Shown here one piece after another: positions 1 through 15,810 of a stretch of 64,000 bases of DNA. Origin of the DNA: the human T2T-CHM13v2.0 reference genome, Homo sapiens; assembly GCF_009914755.1 (NCBI RefSeq), contig NC_060927.1; one strand, given 5' to 3'. Every line of letters begins with the position of its first letter. The stretch's first letter is position 1. A model generated the notes under the pieces. The model did no database searches. It was not told where the DNA came from and saw only the letters and a program-made list of their open reading frames with translations. The position numbers and the translations under genes were made by a program.

Positions 1-138
1 CCTCCATTTACAACCCATCTGTGGCTGCTTTCATGCTACAGTGGTGGCTTTGGATAGCTGAGAGAGATACTGACCATGTGGTCTACAAGCCTAAAATATT
101 ATATTTGTCTCTTTACATAAAAAGTTTGCCAGCCCCTG
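1..138 (+). mobile_element. MER58-like hAT-Charlie DNA transposon, 3' part
   Basis: Ends in the MER58-type terminus AAAAGTTTGCCAGCCCCTG; similar to the complete copy at 10731-10943. Confidence 0.7.
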
Positions 139-1264
139 CTCTAGGCCAACATCATCATGTTAACAACACAGAAAGAGAGGCATGGGCAGATTAAGGAATT
201 TGCCAAACTCATAGAGCAAGTCAGGGCAGAGGCTGGGACAGCCTGGCGCTCCTGATTTACATTGGCCCAGAGTTCTTACCTGGTCTAAAGCTCTCCGTCT
301 GATTCTAGGTAGAAGCTGTGCTGGGGAGAAGCCTTGTGGGGATAGAGGAGCCGGTTCCATGAAAGAAGTCTATGCAGTTGGGGCAGAACCCTGAGACTTC
401 TGCAGCAGGGACAGTTCTGTTGCATTCTGTATGGGTCAGCGTGAGGCTACCACACCTCAGGGCTGCTGAGCTTAAGAGAGGAGCCAAATGGCTCTCTTGA
501 TAGGAAATGGGGCTTCAGGTTGGAATCAGATGAGAGCTGGCCTCTGAGGACATTTTAACCACAGGTCACAGCTCTTGGTAAACTTTAGTTGGCTTTTGAA
601 CCACGGGGAGACATTTTTTCTTGCCTCTTTACTTACTGGCTATTTCCTCCTTCTAGCATTCATTAATCTGACTGGTTAACCATTGAACCCAACTCAGTCT
701 CCTCTTGTTTCAAATCTTGTTCTCCCTGTTGGCTTCAGAAAAAGAGTTCACACTAAACAAACCTACTTTTTTTCTCTTTCTTTTCACAGCCAGAGCCAAG
801 TGATAAAGGAGGTGGGGTCAGGGGTGCTATGTTTACTCTAAAAGACACACCCAAACCTGAGCTCTGGGAGTGGGGAGGGCCCTTCTAATGCAGGCCAGCC
901 ATTTTCAGAAAGAAATGTATCAGCTGCAACAGACACAAGGCAAAAGCAGCTTAATTAATTGGCCTATGGGCACAATTTAGAGAAGAGATTTATACAAGCC
1001 TTAATTTTTCTGATTTCTCCATCATTGTGTAAAGTATCATATTTCCTGCTTCTTAACACAATTGCTATTTGCTTTAAATCCACCAGTTAAATGGAGAGTG
1101 GCTTATAAAAGGAGAATTATAAGAATGGAGGAGGGAACAGAGCCGAGGCTGTGGGAAGGAAAAAGAGAAAGGGGCTGGGGCAATGTAAGGGAAGAGCCTT
1201 CTGAACAGAAGGGCCTCAGAGCCTGACATCAGCCCTGTCACCACTTTCCTGTGAATTGTTAGGG

Positions 1265-1386
1265 TCTGCTGGAATGTAAGCTCCATGAGGACAGGATTTT
1301 ATTTGTTCACTGCTGTATCCCCAGCACCTAGAATAGTGTCTGACATGGAGTAGGTGCTCAGATGTGTATTTGCTGAATGAACGAAC
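1265..1386 (+). mobile_element. L2 LINE 3' end fragment
   Basis: GAATGTAAGCTCCATGAGGACAGG...CCCCAGCACCTAGAATAGTG...TGCTGAATGAA, typical L2 tail. Confidence 0.75.
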
Positions 1387-1699
1387 ACAGTCTTTCAGCA
1401 GGGAATTGAGGCCCCACAGTGGTTCATGTGTTGTCTTTGTCCAAACGGATTCAGAAGCTCCTCTTGAATTGGCACAGAAGTCACCATAAAACTTCATGAA
1501 GGACAAGAAGGACTCTCTCTCTCCTGAACCATGAAGATAGCTGCAGAAAAATCTCACCCCCAAGGGTAGTATTTCCACTAAACACCCAGGGAGATCCAGG
1601 CAGTGCCCAACACAGCCCTGTCATTGTGAGTTTCTCCTTGTCATTCAAAGGGACCATATGTACACAATGTACACAATGGGAATTTATACCTTATTCTAA

Positions 1700-2260
1700 T
1701 AATGCCTACTAGTTAGTGAACACTATTTTGTGTCAGGCATTTCACAAATATTTTCTCATTTAGTCTTCATGGTAACATTGCTAGGTAGCTATTATTACCC
1801 CCATTTTACAGATGAGAAAATGAAAGGTTACTGATATGGTTTGGCTGTGTCCCCACCCAAATCTCATCTTGAATTATGGTTCCCATAATCCCCACACGTG
1901 GTGGGAGGGACCCAGTAGGCGGTAATTTATTCATGGGCGTGGTTACCTCCATGCTGTTCTCGTGATACTGAATGAGTTCTCATGAGATCTGATGGTGTTA
2001 TAAGGGGCTTTTCCCCTTTTGGTAGGCATTTCTCCTTCCTGCCACCATGTGAAGGATGTGTTTGCTTTCCCTTCTGCCATGATTGTAAGTTTCCTGAGGC
2101 TTCCCCAGCCATGCTGAGCTGTAAGTCAATTAAACCTCTTTCCTGTATAACATACTCAGTCTTGGGTATGTCTTTATTAGCAGTGTGAGAACAGACTAAT
2201 ACAGTTACTGAATTTGCTTATGGTCACACAGAGTTCTGATCTGTCTTAGGCTTGTCTGAC
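1700..2260 (-). mobile_element. MIR SINE interrupted by a THE1 LTR
   Basis: CCCCATTTTACAGATGAGAAAA before the LTR and GGTCACACAG after it. Confidence 0.65.
1832..2203 (+). mobile_element. THE1 (ERVL-MaLR) solo LTR
   Basis: Begins TGATATGGTTTGGCTGTGTCCCCACCCAAATCTC, ends GAACAGACTAATACA; 5-bp TSD GTTAC at 1827-1831 and 2204-2208. Confidence 0.95.
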
Positions 2261-3639
2261 CCTATAGACAGTGCTCCTTCCCCCAACCACACATTCTGCC
2301 TCTGTCTCTGTAACCTTGGGCAAGTCACTTCTCTTGGGCTTCAATGTTTGTGTTCTCAAATGTGGGAAGCTGAGCGATGTTATTTAGAAAGTTTTCCACC
2401 TGTGGGTCTGTGAACAGATGACTTCATTCCTTTGCAGGCTACAGCTTCATTTTGCTTTTGGAAGTTGAAATAGCAACACCCTTTACTGAGAGTAGCTGAA
2501 AATCTTTTCTGTTCCCTCAGTTTGGTGATACTTTGAGGCACTCTGCTAAGTCCTGGCTTTGCTTCCTTTTATATAGTAAAGAGTAGCCCAGTTTTTAATC
2601 TTAGCCCCAGCCTCAGCTGGGCTCCCACCACCATCCTTGCTGCCCTGGCTGTAGGTCTTTGCAATGGTCCCAAATTCTTTTCCATTTGTTCAGTGCAATA
2701 GTAAAAGTAAGCAGACCCCTTCCAGGAAGCTGTGCACAGGGCAGCATGCTGACGCGGCTTCCCTGTGCTCTGAGAGCAGGTTTCCTCAGACAGCCTCTCA
2801 GGCACCGGCGAACATGTTTCCTTCTAAAGCTGAGGTGGTGAGGGGAGAAGATGGAAGAGAGGTAGCTTTTGGAAGGTGAAAAGGAAGAACCCTGGGAAGA
2901 CAGCAGTGTTCAAGGTGGGGCCAGGAGTCTTAACTCACTTGTTGCCCAACTGAGGAGCGAGGGGAAGTTCAGATTCTTAGCACTAGAAGGGACCCTGGTG
3001 ATAATTAAACACATAGTTTCAGGTTTTCCTAGCTGCAGAATCCAGTGTGTAAAACAGAAAAGTTCCATTCTGGTTAAATTCAGAGGAGTGGGGTGGCAGT
3101 TGTCTTCTCCCTTCTCCTCCAACCTGTCCTGGCCACCTAACAGTGGTCTCCAGGACTTCCACAGAGCACAGTTGGAAATGATTCTAATCTAACCACAACT
3201 CCAATTTTCCACCCAGAGTCCTATAAAGGGAACCATTTACCAAGCCCAGTCACTGGTGGCAGCCTTGGAGCTCACATTCAGAACACAGCCACTGACTTGG
3301 TAAGCCAATAAGGTGGTTAGGAAAAGGGTCAAATGTGGTGCTGGCCCAGGAAGGATAATGAAAAAGCACATGCAGTTACGTCAACATCAGTCATTTTGCT
3401 TGGGTAGCCTTGAGAGCAGGCCATACTGAGAGCAAGGCAAGCTGTGATGCCACTGCTTTGCCAGCTTTTGAACCTCTGGATCCATTCAATTACCGTGACT
3501 TCCTACTCTCCCCATGCCTCACACATTCACCTTATTGTATCTGCCAAGAAGCCTCATCCAGTGCTTCTGTTTCTTGGTTTCCCCATTTTCTCTAAGTCTA
3601 TAGTTCTCTCCTAGTTCACTTCTTTTCATATCACCCTAA

Positions 3640-4075
<436 letters not shown>

Positions 4076-4649
4076 CTTCTCTCCTACGTTTCTAATCTAA
4101 TTCATAACCAAAGGCTGAGTGGGACTGGCCAATAGGTGAAAACAACAGGCCAGCATTCTCCAAGACCAAAGAGAGAGGCCACTAATCAAGCACAGCATGT
4201 GTTTCTCAAGCCTGACTGCATATCAGAATCACCTGGAAAATTTTTACACCACTAAGAGGGCTGAGCTCCTTCCCAGAGCAATAAAACCAGAGTCCATAGG
4301 GGTGGAGACCAAGCACTGGTACTTTTAAAACAAACTTTCCATTTTAATTATAATATGCATCAGATAATTACATTAAAGCCTTGGCAAACTTTTACAACGT
4401 GAATATCCGTATGTAACTACCACCTAGATCGAGACAAAAAAAAAAAAAAGCTCTACCAGCAGGCCAAAGCCCCCCTCAAGTTCCTTCAGGTCTTCTCCTT
4501 CCTCCCCAGGATAGTAACACTCTCCTGATTTCTAACACCACACATTTGTTTTGCCTCTTTTTGATATTTATAGAAATGCAGCCGTAGAGTATGTACTCTT
4601 TGTGTCTGACTTCCTTGATTCACTATTTTATTTTTAAGATTCATTCATG

Positions 4650-4939
<290 letters not shown>

Positions 4940-5010
4940 GTTCATTCATGTTGTTCTGGGTCGCGGTTGTTCATTTCTTTTCATTGCTGTATAGTATTAC
5001 ATTGTCTGCC

Positions 5011-5359
5011 CGCTATGGTATGAATGTTTGTGTCCCACCCAAATTTCATATATTGAAATCTAATCTCCAATAGTATTAAGTGGTGGGGGCTTTAGGAAGT
5101 GAATGGGTTACAAAGGCTCTCCCCCCATAAATGGAATTAGTACCCTCATAAAAGAGGCTTGAAAAAATCCTGTTTGTCCCTTTTGCCATGGGAGGACACA
5201 GCAAAAGGGTGCCATCTATGATGAACAGGGCCTTACCAGACATCAAATCTGTTGACGTTTGCATCTTAGACTACCTAGCCTCTAGAACCATGAGCCATAA
5301 ATTCTGTTGTTTGTAAATTACCCAGTTGAGGTATTCAGCAGCCTGAACAGGTTAAGACA
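5011..5359 (+). mobile_element. MaLR LTR (MLT1A/MSTD-like)
   Basis: GCTATGGTATGAATGTTTGTGTCCC start; AATTACCCAG...GTTAAGACA end. Confidence 0.8.
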
Positions 5360-5444
5360 CTAATTACGCATACACAGCATATAACTATTCTATTGATACA
5401 CATGGATTGTTCCCTTTTTTTACATCTTACAAATAATGTGTGTA

Positions 5445-5762
5445 TTTTTGTTTTGTTTTTGTTTTTGTTTTGGACATAGGATCTCTCTGTTGCCCATACT
5501 GGAGTGCTGTGACACAATCATAGCTCATTTCAGCCTTGAACTTCTGGGCTCAAGGGATCCTATCACCTCAGCCTCCCAAGTAGCTAGGACTACAGGTGCA
5601 CGCCACCACACCCAGCTAATTAAAAAAAAAAACTGTGTGTGTGTCAAGATGGGAGTCTCACTATGATGCCCAGGCTGGTCTCAAACTCCTGGCCTCAAGC
5701 AATACTCCCGCCTTGGCCTCCCAAGGTGCTGGGATTACAGGCATGAACTAGGGCACTTGGCC
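5445..5762 (-). mobile_element. Alu (AluJ-like)
   Basis: (TTTTTG)n tail, CAATCATAGCTCATTTCAGCC, ...GCTGGGATTACAGGCATGA. Confidence 0.9.
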
Positions 5763-6559
5763 AAACAGTGTGGTCTTGAACATGCCTATACATGTTTTTT
5801 GACACAGGCACGTATGTGTTTCTGTTTACTCTATATACCTAGGAGTGGAATTGCTAAGATAAGCAAATGTTTAGTTTTAATGGATAACACCAGTTTCTAA
5901 AGTAGTTGTACCATGCTGGAGTTTTGCAAAAGCTTCCCAGGTGATTTTAATGAGTGTCAAGAGTTGAGAATCCTGCCCAAGACTTACTAAGGGGTGGCAA
6001 AACCAGCCCATTTTTAACCCTCACTTTGAAACCCTTCCCACTATTATCAAAAGATTGGGGACGGGAACAAGGGAGGGCATCACTGGGAGAGGTTTGTTCT
6101 CTGCCTTGTTGGGAATAAGCGAACCGGGATTTCTGTCTCTCTGCACATTGATCTCCCTTCCTCGGAACACCCCTCTTCCACTGTGTCTATGGGTGAATTC
6201 TCAGGCATTTTTCAAGGTGGAACTCAGTGTCACCCTTTCAGAAAGTCCTTCCCTACCTTATAGGCAGAATTGCCTCACCCCTGGTAAAGCGACCAGTCCA
6301 CTGTGAGGCTTGTTATCCCCGTGTATTCCATCTCATGGGGTCTTCACCTTATGTGTGTGTCCTCGTTTAGACCACAGCTACCTGAACATAAGCAGGGCCG
6401 TGTCCTATGTGTCTTTTATTCTTCAAGCCTAGCATAGTCCCTCTATAAAAAGTGCTCAATAAATGCTTATTGTGATAGAAAATTCATAATGTGACTAAAA
6501 TATGAATTAATAAATGCTTAAGACTACCAGCTATGAAGAAAGGATTGAGTCTTGTTCTG

Positions 6560-7050
6560 ATTAGGTAGTATACAACAGACCATTCCAAATGCAGTGGCTT
6601 TATACAACAATGGACTATCATCCTCCCCAGCCTGTGGGTTGACTGGGTTCAGTTCCTATGTGGTTCCTGCCTGGAGTCTGGTTACAGTCAGCTGGAGGCC
6701 CAGGAAGGGATCATCTAAAGACTCAACTGGGATGGGCGTGAAAAATGGCCTCTTCCCCCACATGCGTGGGCCACAGTCGCAATGGCTGGAAGAACTGAGG
6801 CCTGAATAGGTGGCCATCCACATGTGACTCATTTAGGAGTCCTCACACCATGACAGTCTCAGGGTAGCCATACTTCTTACATGACAGTGGTTTTCCTCAA
6901 ACAAGCATTCCTGAAGACCCAGGCCACACTGCAAGGCTTCCTATGACCCGCTCAGAAGTCACACGGCATCACTTCTGCAGCATGCTGGTGGTCAAAAGCA
7001 AGTCACAGAGCAGGGCAGGTTCAGGAGGAGGAGACTTCACAAGGACATGG
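6560..7050 (-). mobile_element. Old MLT1-type MaLR LTR
   Basis: CAGTGGCTTTATACAAC...CTGTGGGTTGACTGGG...CAGAAGTCACACGGCATCACTTCTGC motifs. Confidence 0.6.
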
Positions 7051-10000
7051 ACCCATGTCCAATCAGAAACCTACATCAGGAAAGAAAAGTGAAACTTCAT
7101 TACCCTAAGCATCACTGAAAGCAACACAGGGCAAAAATAAAAACTTAATGTAAAATATATATGTTTAAATAAAATACCTTAAGATATTTTAATAGGGCTT
7201 AGGGCCTCAGCTGTATATCGTATTGCACATATTATCAGGATAAACCTATAACACTTTGGGGCAAACAAACATTTGTGAGTCTCTGCAGAAGACAAGAAAC
7301 TCAGAGTTTTAGAGAATGGCCAAAATCACCCCAGGGAGCCTATAGGAAGCATTGCTTGTTGGTGGGGCAGCACTTTCAGCATTTGATGTAGAGCCTTATG
7401 CAGGTTTTCCTTCAGATCCCGCTTCTTAACATGTGGGCAGCTACCTGGACTGAATGAAAGGTGCTGGGAGTTAAAGACAGGCCAGGAAAACAACAACTCA
7501 CAGGTAAGAATGTTCAACACATTTGTTTGTAGCAAACAAGAAAGAACCTCGGTGTCCAACAGTAGAGGACTTGTTACAAGCTGTTATGTTCTTACACAGT
7601 GGAAAATTATGCATTTGATACTGCTTAATGAATTTTAATGGCAAAGTGTACAACAAACCATCAGGTGAAAAAGGAGTCAATATACAAAAGTTTGCATGAA
7701 ATATTCCAATTATGTTCAAATATGTACATGCACAGAGAAAAGGCTAAAAGGTTATATATCTTAATTTCAACAGTAGATATGTCCACATAGCAGAATTATT
7801 AAAATGTTTTAACATGTTTTACTTTGTGCTTTTTGTATTATACAAGTTCCACACAGTGAGCACATATAATTTTCATAATCAGAAAATAAAATTAAGAGTG
7901 AGATGAAACTCCAGTGGGAAGTTGGGGCTGCGTCATGGCCCCAAGACCCCCCCAAAAGCCTTTTATCCTGGAGCTGCTAGGGATCAATATATTATCTCTT
8001 GTAGATGTGAGGCCTTATCAGCTACTACCTTAGATCAATACTGTGTGCTCTCATGTAAGTTTCTTAACTTCTCCATTCTCTGGTTATCTACTCCATCAAA
8101 CAGGGGAGTTGGACAGTAGGATTAAATCTTTAGAACTTCAGAATTTACAAGCACTTTCTCTTATCCTATTCCTCTTCACAATAGCCGGATGGCAGAATCA
8201 AGGCAAGCCTTATCACTGTTTGGCCTATGGGAAAACAGGCTCAGCAAAGTCAGGTCAGTAGCCCAGGGTCACACAGATGTTAGGCAGCGGTGAGCATTCA
8301 AAACCAGGTCTTTGGGCTTTACTCCAGCAGATCTGACTGGTAAATCAGGATTCCTTTCCTAGATCAACTGTAAACTCCCATCCTGTCATAAAACTCCGGC
8401 CAAAATTTCTGCCTTCTGAGATCACATATCCTAGGACTAATGTCTTTCTTGTTTCTGTATTCCAAGGATCTTAAAGGCAGCTCTAACATCTCCTTTGAGT
8501 TATCTCCAGTTCTGTCTGCTCCTGCTCAAATGACATTGTATGGGGTCCACACACCATTTTAGAATCCCAGAATCAGAATTGGAAAATATATTTAAAGGTC
8601 ATCTGTCCTAAGAAGTCCCTGTCAGTCTTTTACAGAAAGCCTCTCATCTGAAAAAGTCCCTCGACAATGCTCCCAAGGGGGTCCTTGGGCCCAGGGCCAG
8701 GGCGATGAAGTGCCCTTTCCTCTACCGAGTGGGGAGACATACACAGGTGACCTTAATTCAAAGAGGGAATGTTTGGGGCTGCAAAGTTTGAGGCCGAGTG
8801 ACTCAGGCCTTTTCACAGGGACATCGTGCACAATGGAAAGATCTGAAAGTTCCAAAGGGAAAGAAAACCAGAAAGGCCAAGACAACTCACACACACAGAA
8901 AGCCAGCTTAGAACAAATCCAGAGGGCCAAGAAGAAACCTGTGGAAAAAAATCTCTCTCCTAAGAGGGCTCTATTGTGTGTACTCTGGGTCAAAAGAGCC
9001 TCGCTCTGCAGAGCGGCTCTCCCACCTGCTGGGATTCTCCAGAGGAATCCTTTTTCTTCCGTCTGAGTTCAGCAAACTTCCTGCTTCCTCTACCCAGCGC
9101 AGCGAGCCCCTCTCTGTACTGATCAGCAAGGGTGACAGGGCTTGGCAGCCATGGTGGCAGCTTGCTGGGGCACTGGCACAAAGTGACTTCGTAAATACCG
9201 CAGCTTTGATAATTTCTTGCTTCACTGGTCTCTTGGGATTCTTTCCATCTGCGTTAAGAAAACAAAAAGTTGGACCTCCCTCTGCCCACAAAGTTAGATG
9301 CTTTTATTTTGTGTAGGACTTAAAGAAATAGATATCTATTTCTATACCACTTCATTGAGTAATATATACTTTTTAATGGGGGGGGTTGGCAAACATTTTT
9401 AAGTGCCCCCTCTCCGAACCTCAATGAAAGCTTTGTTAATATAGACATTTACAAAGTAAAACTTTATTCAGTTTGAAATGGAAACACTTGGTTAGAATCC
9501 CAAATGACTTGTATGCATGAAAACTGTTATGCAGAAAAAATTCCTACAATGGTTTTTTTTCCTCCAAATGAAATTCTTTTGTGTTAATAAATATTTCTTC
9601 ATTTATGTCCAATCTTAGGGTGCTCACAAAGAGATCTCCTTAGGTTACATCCCTTTGTTTCTGAGATTTAATGAAAGAATTTTATGTAAGTTAAAGAAAG
9701 GAATTCTTGTTAGATTTATATATCAAAGTAAACCACAGACCTCAGTTATTTCGCCCAACTTGGCCACCCCACCCCATCTGATGTCAGAGTCTTTCTCTAA
9801 TACTGTCTTGAGTCAACTGTGTGCCAGGATAGTGCCTGCTGGAAACTGGATGGAATTCTCATTTAATTATCACAACAGCCCTATGAGAGATGTGAACTCT
9901 CTATTTTCAAATCATGAAACTAAGTCAAGAGAGCTCAAGAAATTTGTCCGCTATCACAAAGCTAAATAGGACTGTGGGACAGAAAGACTCCTAAGCCCAA

Positions 10001-10730
10001 GGACTTTTTAAATATTAGAACTTCTCCTTCCTATGGTCATCTAGTCACTGCTCAAACCCTCCCTACACACTGCTTTCCAGTTGGAGGCAGTTTTTGTTGT
10101 TTTATAGTGTTCTTCCCTGTCCTGAGCCTTCTTGTAAAGTCCACCTGTAAGTTCAACCACAAGCATGATTTTATACCTCAGGCAGGAACCAGATCTAGAG
10201 GGCATTCTAGGAGGAGTAGGCTAATAACCACATACTAGGAATGTGTTGTTTGCAAGCTGCAGGTCAGAAGAAGTTGAGGCTGGCATACAAGGAAGTATCA
10301 TTCTAGGGCTGTGTCAGGCCAAGCCCACAGCTTCTGTGCTGTGGATAAGGATAAGGGACGCTGAGTTTTAGGAAGTATAAGGGCTGGCTGATACACGAGG
10401 GGAAAGCAGACAGTGAACCTCAACCCCCACACCACAGGCCCAGTTCACAGGAAGACAGCTCAGGAAGGAGACACAGGTTCTGATAAGATATAAGCTCCAG
10501 ATCCCACCCTGCATTTGTCTGCAAGCCATTTCCTGGTTCATGGATGGCAGTGACCTGGAAATATGGACCACAGAGGTCATGATTCTAGAAATGCTGCCCT
10601 GCCTCACTAAATTCCCCAGCCAGCTACACCCTCTGCCTTCACAGCCCTTCGTATAGACTCCTTTACCACATAGTCTCATCATTAGTTGTTTTAATTAGTA
10701 GTCTCTCCTTTAGCCTATGCCCTTGTAGTT

Positions 10731-10943
10731 CAGGGGTTGGTAAACTATTACCCACGGGCAAAATCTATCCCACTGCTTGTTTTTGTAAATAAAGTTTTAT
10801 TGGAACACAGCCATGCACATTCATTTTTATATTGGCTATGACTGCATTCTCTACAGCTTCAGAGTTGGGTAGTTGTAATAGGAACCACAAAGCCTAAACT
10901 ACTTGTCACTTGTCCTTTTATAGAAAAAGTTTACCAACCCCTG
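10731..10943 (+). mobile_element. MER58A hAT-Charlie MITE
   Basis: Perfect 16-bp terminal inverted repeats CAGGGGTTGGTAAACT / AGTTTACCAACCCCTG; internal TTTTGTAAATAAAGTTTTATTGGAACACAGCC. Confidence 0.9.
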
Positions 10944-11489
10944 TTCTTGAGAGCAAGGACAAAGTTCTATTTATCTTATATTCCCATTAGGGTCTTGTAT
11001 CTCCAACATTATAGCCATACTTTTAAAATCTGTAAAATGACAGTGATATCTCTGTCACAGAGATATAGTGAAATATAAAGGAGATATTAATATATTTGGA
11101 GACAGGATATGCAAAATGCCTAGCACAGTTCCTGGCATAGGACAAATACTCAATAAGTATTTAGTGAATGAAGCAGAAGGTCAATCCACTCCAAATGAAA
11201 TGATGCATGTGAGAGCACTTTGCAAACCACAAAGCTCTGTGATGCCATGGTGGGTTACTATCATCACTGTCAAATACAGAAATGTTCTGGAGCAAAGCCG
11301 GCTCTCCCCTCTGGCTTTCTTGATCCTGATCTTTTGGGTACAATCTCACATACAGTCTTAATTTAAGCGAATTCATAACCCAATTTTTACATGGATCCTA
11401 TCCATCCCTCTCTCTTACCCTCTCCCTCTAGGTACTGGTTCTTAGGTTAAATCTTGAGTTCCTTACGTAAGAGTACCAAACAGTGACGG

Positions 11490-11995
11490 CTCTGGTGGTT
11501 CCGTACTGAGTCAGCCTACCTAAGCCCAAAGGACATTTCCCAGATTTTTCCTTCTTTCTATGGCCCTCGTTATGGTTGGCCATAAGAGAAATTGGCATGA
11601 GATTTGGAAAGCAGACCAACCATCACAACACTTGAAGGTTGGTGCAGGGCTACAGGTGCCATCACGGCTCATGAACACAAACAGACACCAGCATTTACCT
11701 ACTTGCTTACCTCCTTAGCATGGAGCAGCGGCCAGTTCTGCAGCTCCCCTCAGCTCCTGCTGAGTTTTGGCTCAGGTGTGTGTGCACCCCTATGGTAAAG
11801 GGCACATACCTCTTCTATAGGGTTAGTTGTGGTGAAAGACAGGGAAAGGTTCCAGGTTGCCCTTGATCTCTCCTGTATCAGGTCCAGCTTATCTTCCTGC
11901 ATCCTTCTCCCACTATTGTGAGAAGTCTAATTGCTATGGGAAATTATTTCATATCACTAAGAGTGACTCTGCCTCCCTGATGAAACCATGAGCAA
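11490..11995 (+). mobile_element. ERV-L 5' LTR (LTR40/LTR52-like)
   Basis: ACATTTCCCAGA...GGTTGGCCATAAGAGAAATT...GAGATTTGGAA; its 3' end is homologous to 15750-15810. Confidence 0.55.
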
Positions 11996-14120
11996 GAAAA
12001 CCTACAGGATGAGTTCTCTGAATTGGTTCTGGAGTTGGCTCTCTGATCTGATTATATTTAAAAGCGTTAATGACTCTGATGCCAGTAGTAAAGGGGACCT
12101 GGTGGTAACAAAAGAGTTAATTACATTATCACCTATAAATACCTGTAATTAAGTGCCTATAGAAGGCAGGGCTTTGGATAACCAAGTAGTTGCTTCTGTA
12201 CAATATTTCAGCAAAAATAAGGAAGATACAGATGTTGATAGGTAGCTTCTAGGTTACTGAAGAACTTGGAGAAAAAAAAAATTATGACTAAGTTCCCAAT
12301 ACAAAGACTAACTAAGGGAAATCTTTAGTTCCTGTGGCTATAGGGCAAATATTTCTGAAAATCAAACCCAAGGTCTAATTTTGGGAAGAATTATGCAAAC
12401 TGAAATCACAACCTCACAGAGTATCTTATGGTAAAATTAGCACATTGATTAGGAAGAAGTGTGGTTCTGAGCATTGGGGTAGACATATGGGCAGATTCAG
12501 ATGAAGCTGGGAGCTAGAACTTGAATTTTGCTGAGCCTTTTTTGCCAGTAGTAGAAGCACTCCCTTCCTAGCTAATGAGCTCACCTTGCCTAAAGAAACT
12601 GCAATGGCCTTTCACCGAGCCTGGACCAGAACAAATGACCAGAGGTGCCTTGCAAGAAACTACTGATTCTCCTTAAGACCTACCTACTCTCAATTCTTCT
12701 CATTGCTTCTAGACCTATAACTAGACTCAAGTTTCAGCAGGCTCCAGGGGTTAAAGTTTAAAGTGTGATCCATGTGAAACTGTCATATACATCAAAAGAA
12801 TTATAAGCTTTTTCCATTCATAGTCACAGAAACCTGAGAAACATGTTTAGAAATGGATCTTAATGATGTTGAATCAGGGAAAGAGGAAGATAATGCTGGA
12901 CCAGGCCAAAGATTTCAATACAGGTACACTGGAAAGAGATTCTGGATTCAGTGTATTACATTGAGTAACTTAGAGTGATTCTAACAGTTTGGTTCATTGA
13001 CTAAAACCTAGACAAAATGGTGGCTTATACCTAGGGCAATTGAAATACTAGAACTTTCTTGATATGGAGAAAGGTACCCAAATGCTTAGGGGGACCAAAA
13101 TGCTGGGGTAGATTTATTATGTGAGGCCTGCTTGCTTATCACTTTCTAATTATGTCCCCAGGAGGGGCCAGAAGACACTCCCTTCATGAAGGTATTGAGA
13201 TATGGTACACAGACCAAAAGAGAAGCCCCAGTATCTGTAAAGAGCCTATGGTACGTAGTAACTATAACCAGGAATGACACGGAAACTGCTGCCACTTAAG
13301 TGCACTCCACAAATTCACGGGGATGATGGGATGCCCAGGTATCAGAAGCCAACTGGAAGACACTCAATCACCAGACATGAGGTAGTTACTGTAATGAACA
13401 GCAGAGCCAAAACATTAACTGGAATGGTTTGATCTGCAGAAGGTTGATCATGGTGTCCCTGAAACTGAAATAGATGTGTGGCCTACTCAAGTCTTACTTG
13501 ATTTACGTAAGTTGAAAAGGTCTGGGTCTGGTGAAAGAGGTGATGATCACAATAGAGAATCATGACATCCCTAATTAATTCTGAGACTTCAGCCAGTTCT
13601 TATTCAAATGAAAGGGGAGTGGATCCCTTCAGGAAGGAATCTACTACTTGGCCCAAAACTTATACAGTAAATCTTTTTTCCAGCATTTCCCAAAGGAAGT
13701 TGAGGACATCTATCAGTATGGATATGTATTTGGAAAGAGAAAATTACTATGCCTTTTAGCAATTACTAGGTGTTGGCTCTAAGCTGACACTAATTTCAAG
13801 AGACTGAAAATGCCAGAATGGCCCACAGTTAGAATAGGGGTTTATGGAGATCAGGTGATCAGTGTAGGTTTTGACTTGGGTCCATCTCACAGCGGACTTG
13901 GTGTGTCCCTGAGTGTCTTGTAGTTATTTTCCAAGTTCCAGAATTGGTCATCTTAGGAACAGACATACCAAACGACTAGCAGAAGTGCCATACAGGTTTC
14001 CTTCTCCATGGGGTATGGTGAGAAAAACCAAGTGAAAGCCAGTAGAATCTCCTCTACCTACAAAAGCATAAACTAAAGAAATATCATCTTCCTGGGGGTA
14101 TTGCAGAAATTGGTGCCACC

Positions 14121-14176
14121 ATCAAGGCTTGAAAGATATAAGGATGGTATATCAAGGCTTGAAAGATAAGGATGGT
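14121..14176 (+). repeat. Tandem duplication, ~30-bp unit x2
   Basis: ATCAAGGCTTGAAAGATATAAGGATGGT followed by ATCAAGGCTTGAAAGATAAGGATGGT. Confidence 0.9.
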
Positions 14177-15131
14177 GAATCCCATTCAAATTGCTTATTT
14201 GGCCCATGCCAAGACACGTAGATCTTGGAGAATAACAGTGGCTTATCATAAACTTGATTGAATGGTGACTGTAATTGCAGCTGCTTTCCCAGGTGTTATT
14301 ATTTTTTTTCTGAAGAAACTAGTACAACCTCTAATAGCTCTTAATCTGACCAGTGCTTTGTTGCCACCCCCTATACCTTGATAAAGACCCACCAGAAATA
14401 GTTTGCTTTCAGGGACAGCATTACACCTTCACTGTTCTACGTCAGGTCTGTATTAACTCCCAGTCTACTGTCAAAATCTAATCCCAGGGATCCTGATAGC
14501 CTCTCCATCCCACAGAGTATCACATAGGCCTATGCCACTGATGATAGTATGATAATTGGTCCTGGTGGGCAGGAAATAGCAAATAATCTGGATACTTTGG
14601 TAAGAATAATGCAAGCAGACAGGGGAAAATGAATCCCACAAAAATTCGAGGGCCGGCCATTTTGGTGAAATGTCTATGAGTCCAGTGGTCAGAGGATGTT
14701 GATATATTCTGTCCAACATGAAGGAGAAGTTGCAGCATCTGGCCTTTCTTACCACTAAGTAAATGGCAGAATGCCTAGTGAACCTCTGGAAGCAACTTCA
14801 TTTGCTCATGCTACTTCAACTCATTTATTGAGTAACCTGAAAGGCTGCCAGTTTTGAGTGCAGTCCAGAAAATGAGAAGACTTTGCAACAGATTCAGCCT
14901 ACTAGGCAAGCTCCACTGCCACCTAAATGATTCAGCACATCTAATTTTGCTAAAAGGATCTGTGGCAGATAAGGAAGCTGTATAGAACTGTGCACAGGTC
15001 CCTCGAGGGGTAAGTCTCAACACAGACCTTTAGGGTTTGGACAAAACTATGCCATGCTTTGCAGATAATTATTATCCCTTTAAGAAAAGCTCCTGACTTG
15101 CTACTGGGTCTGATAAGAGATTGAATGCCTT

Positions 15132-15810
<679 letters not shown>

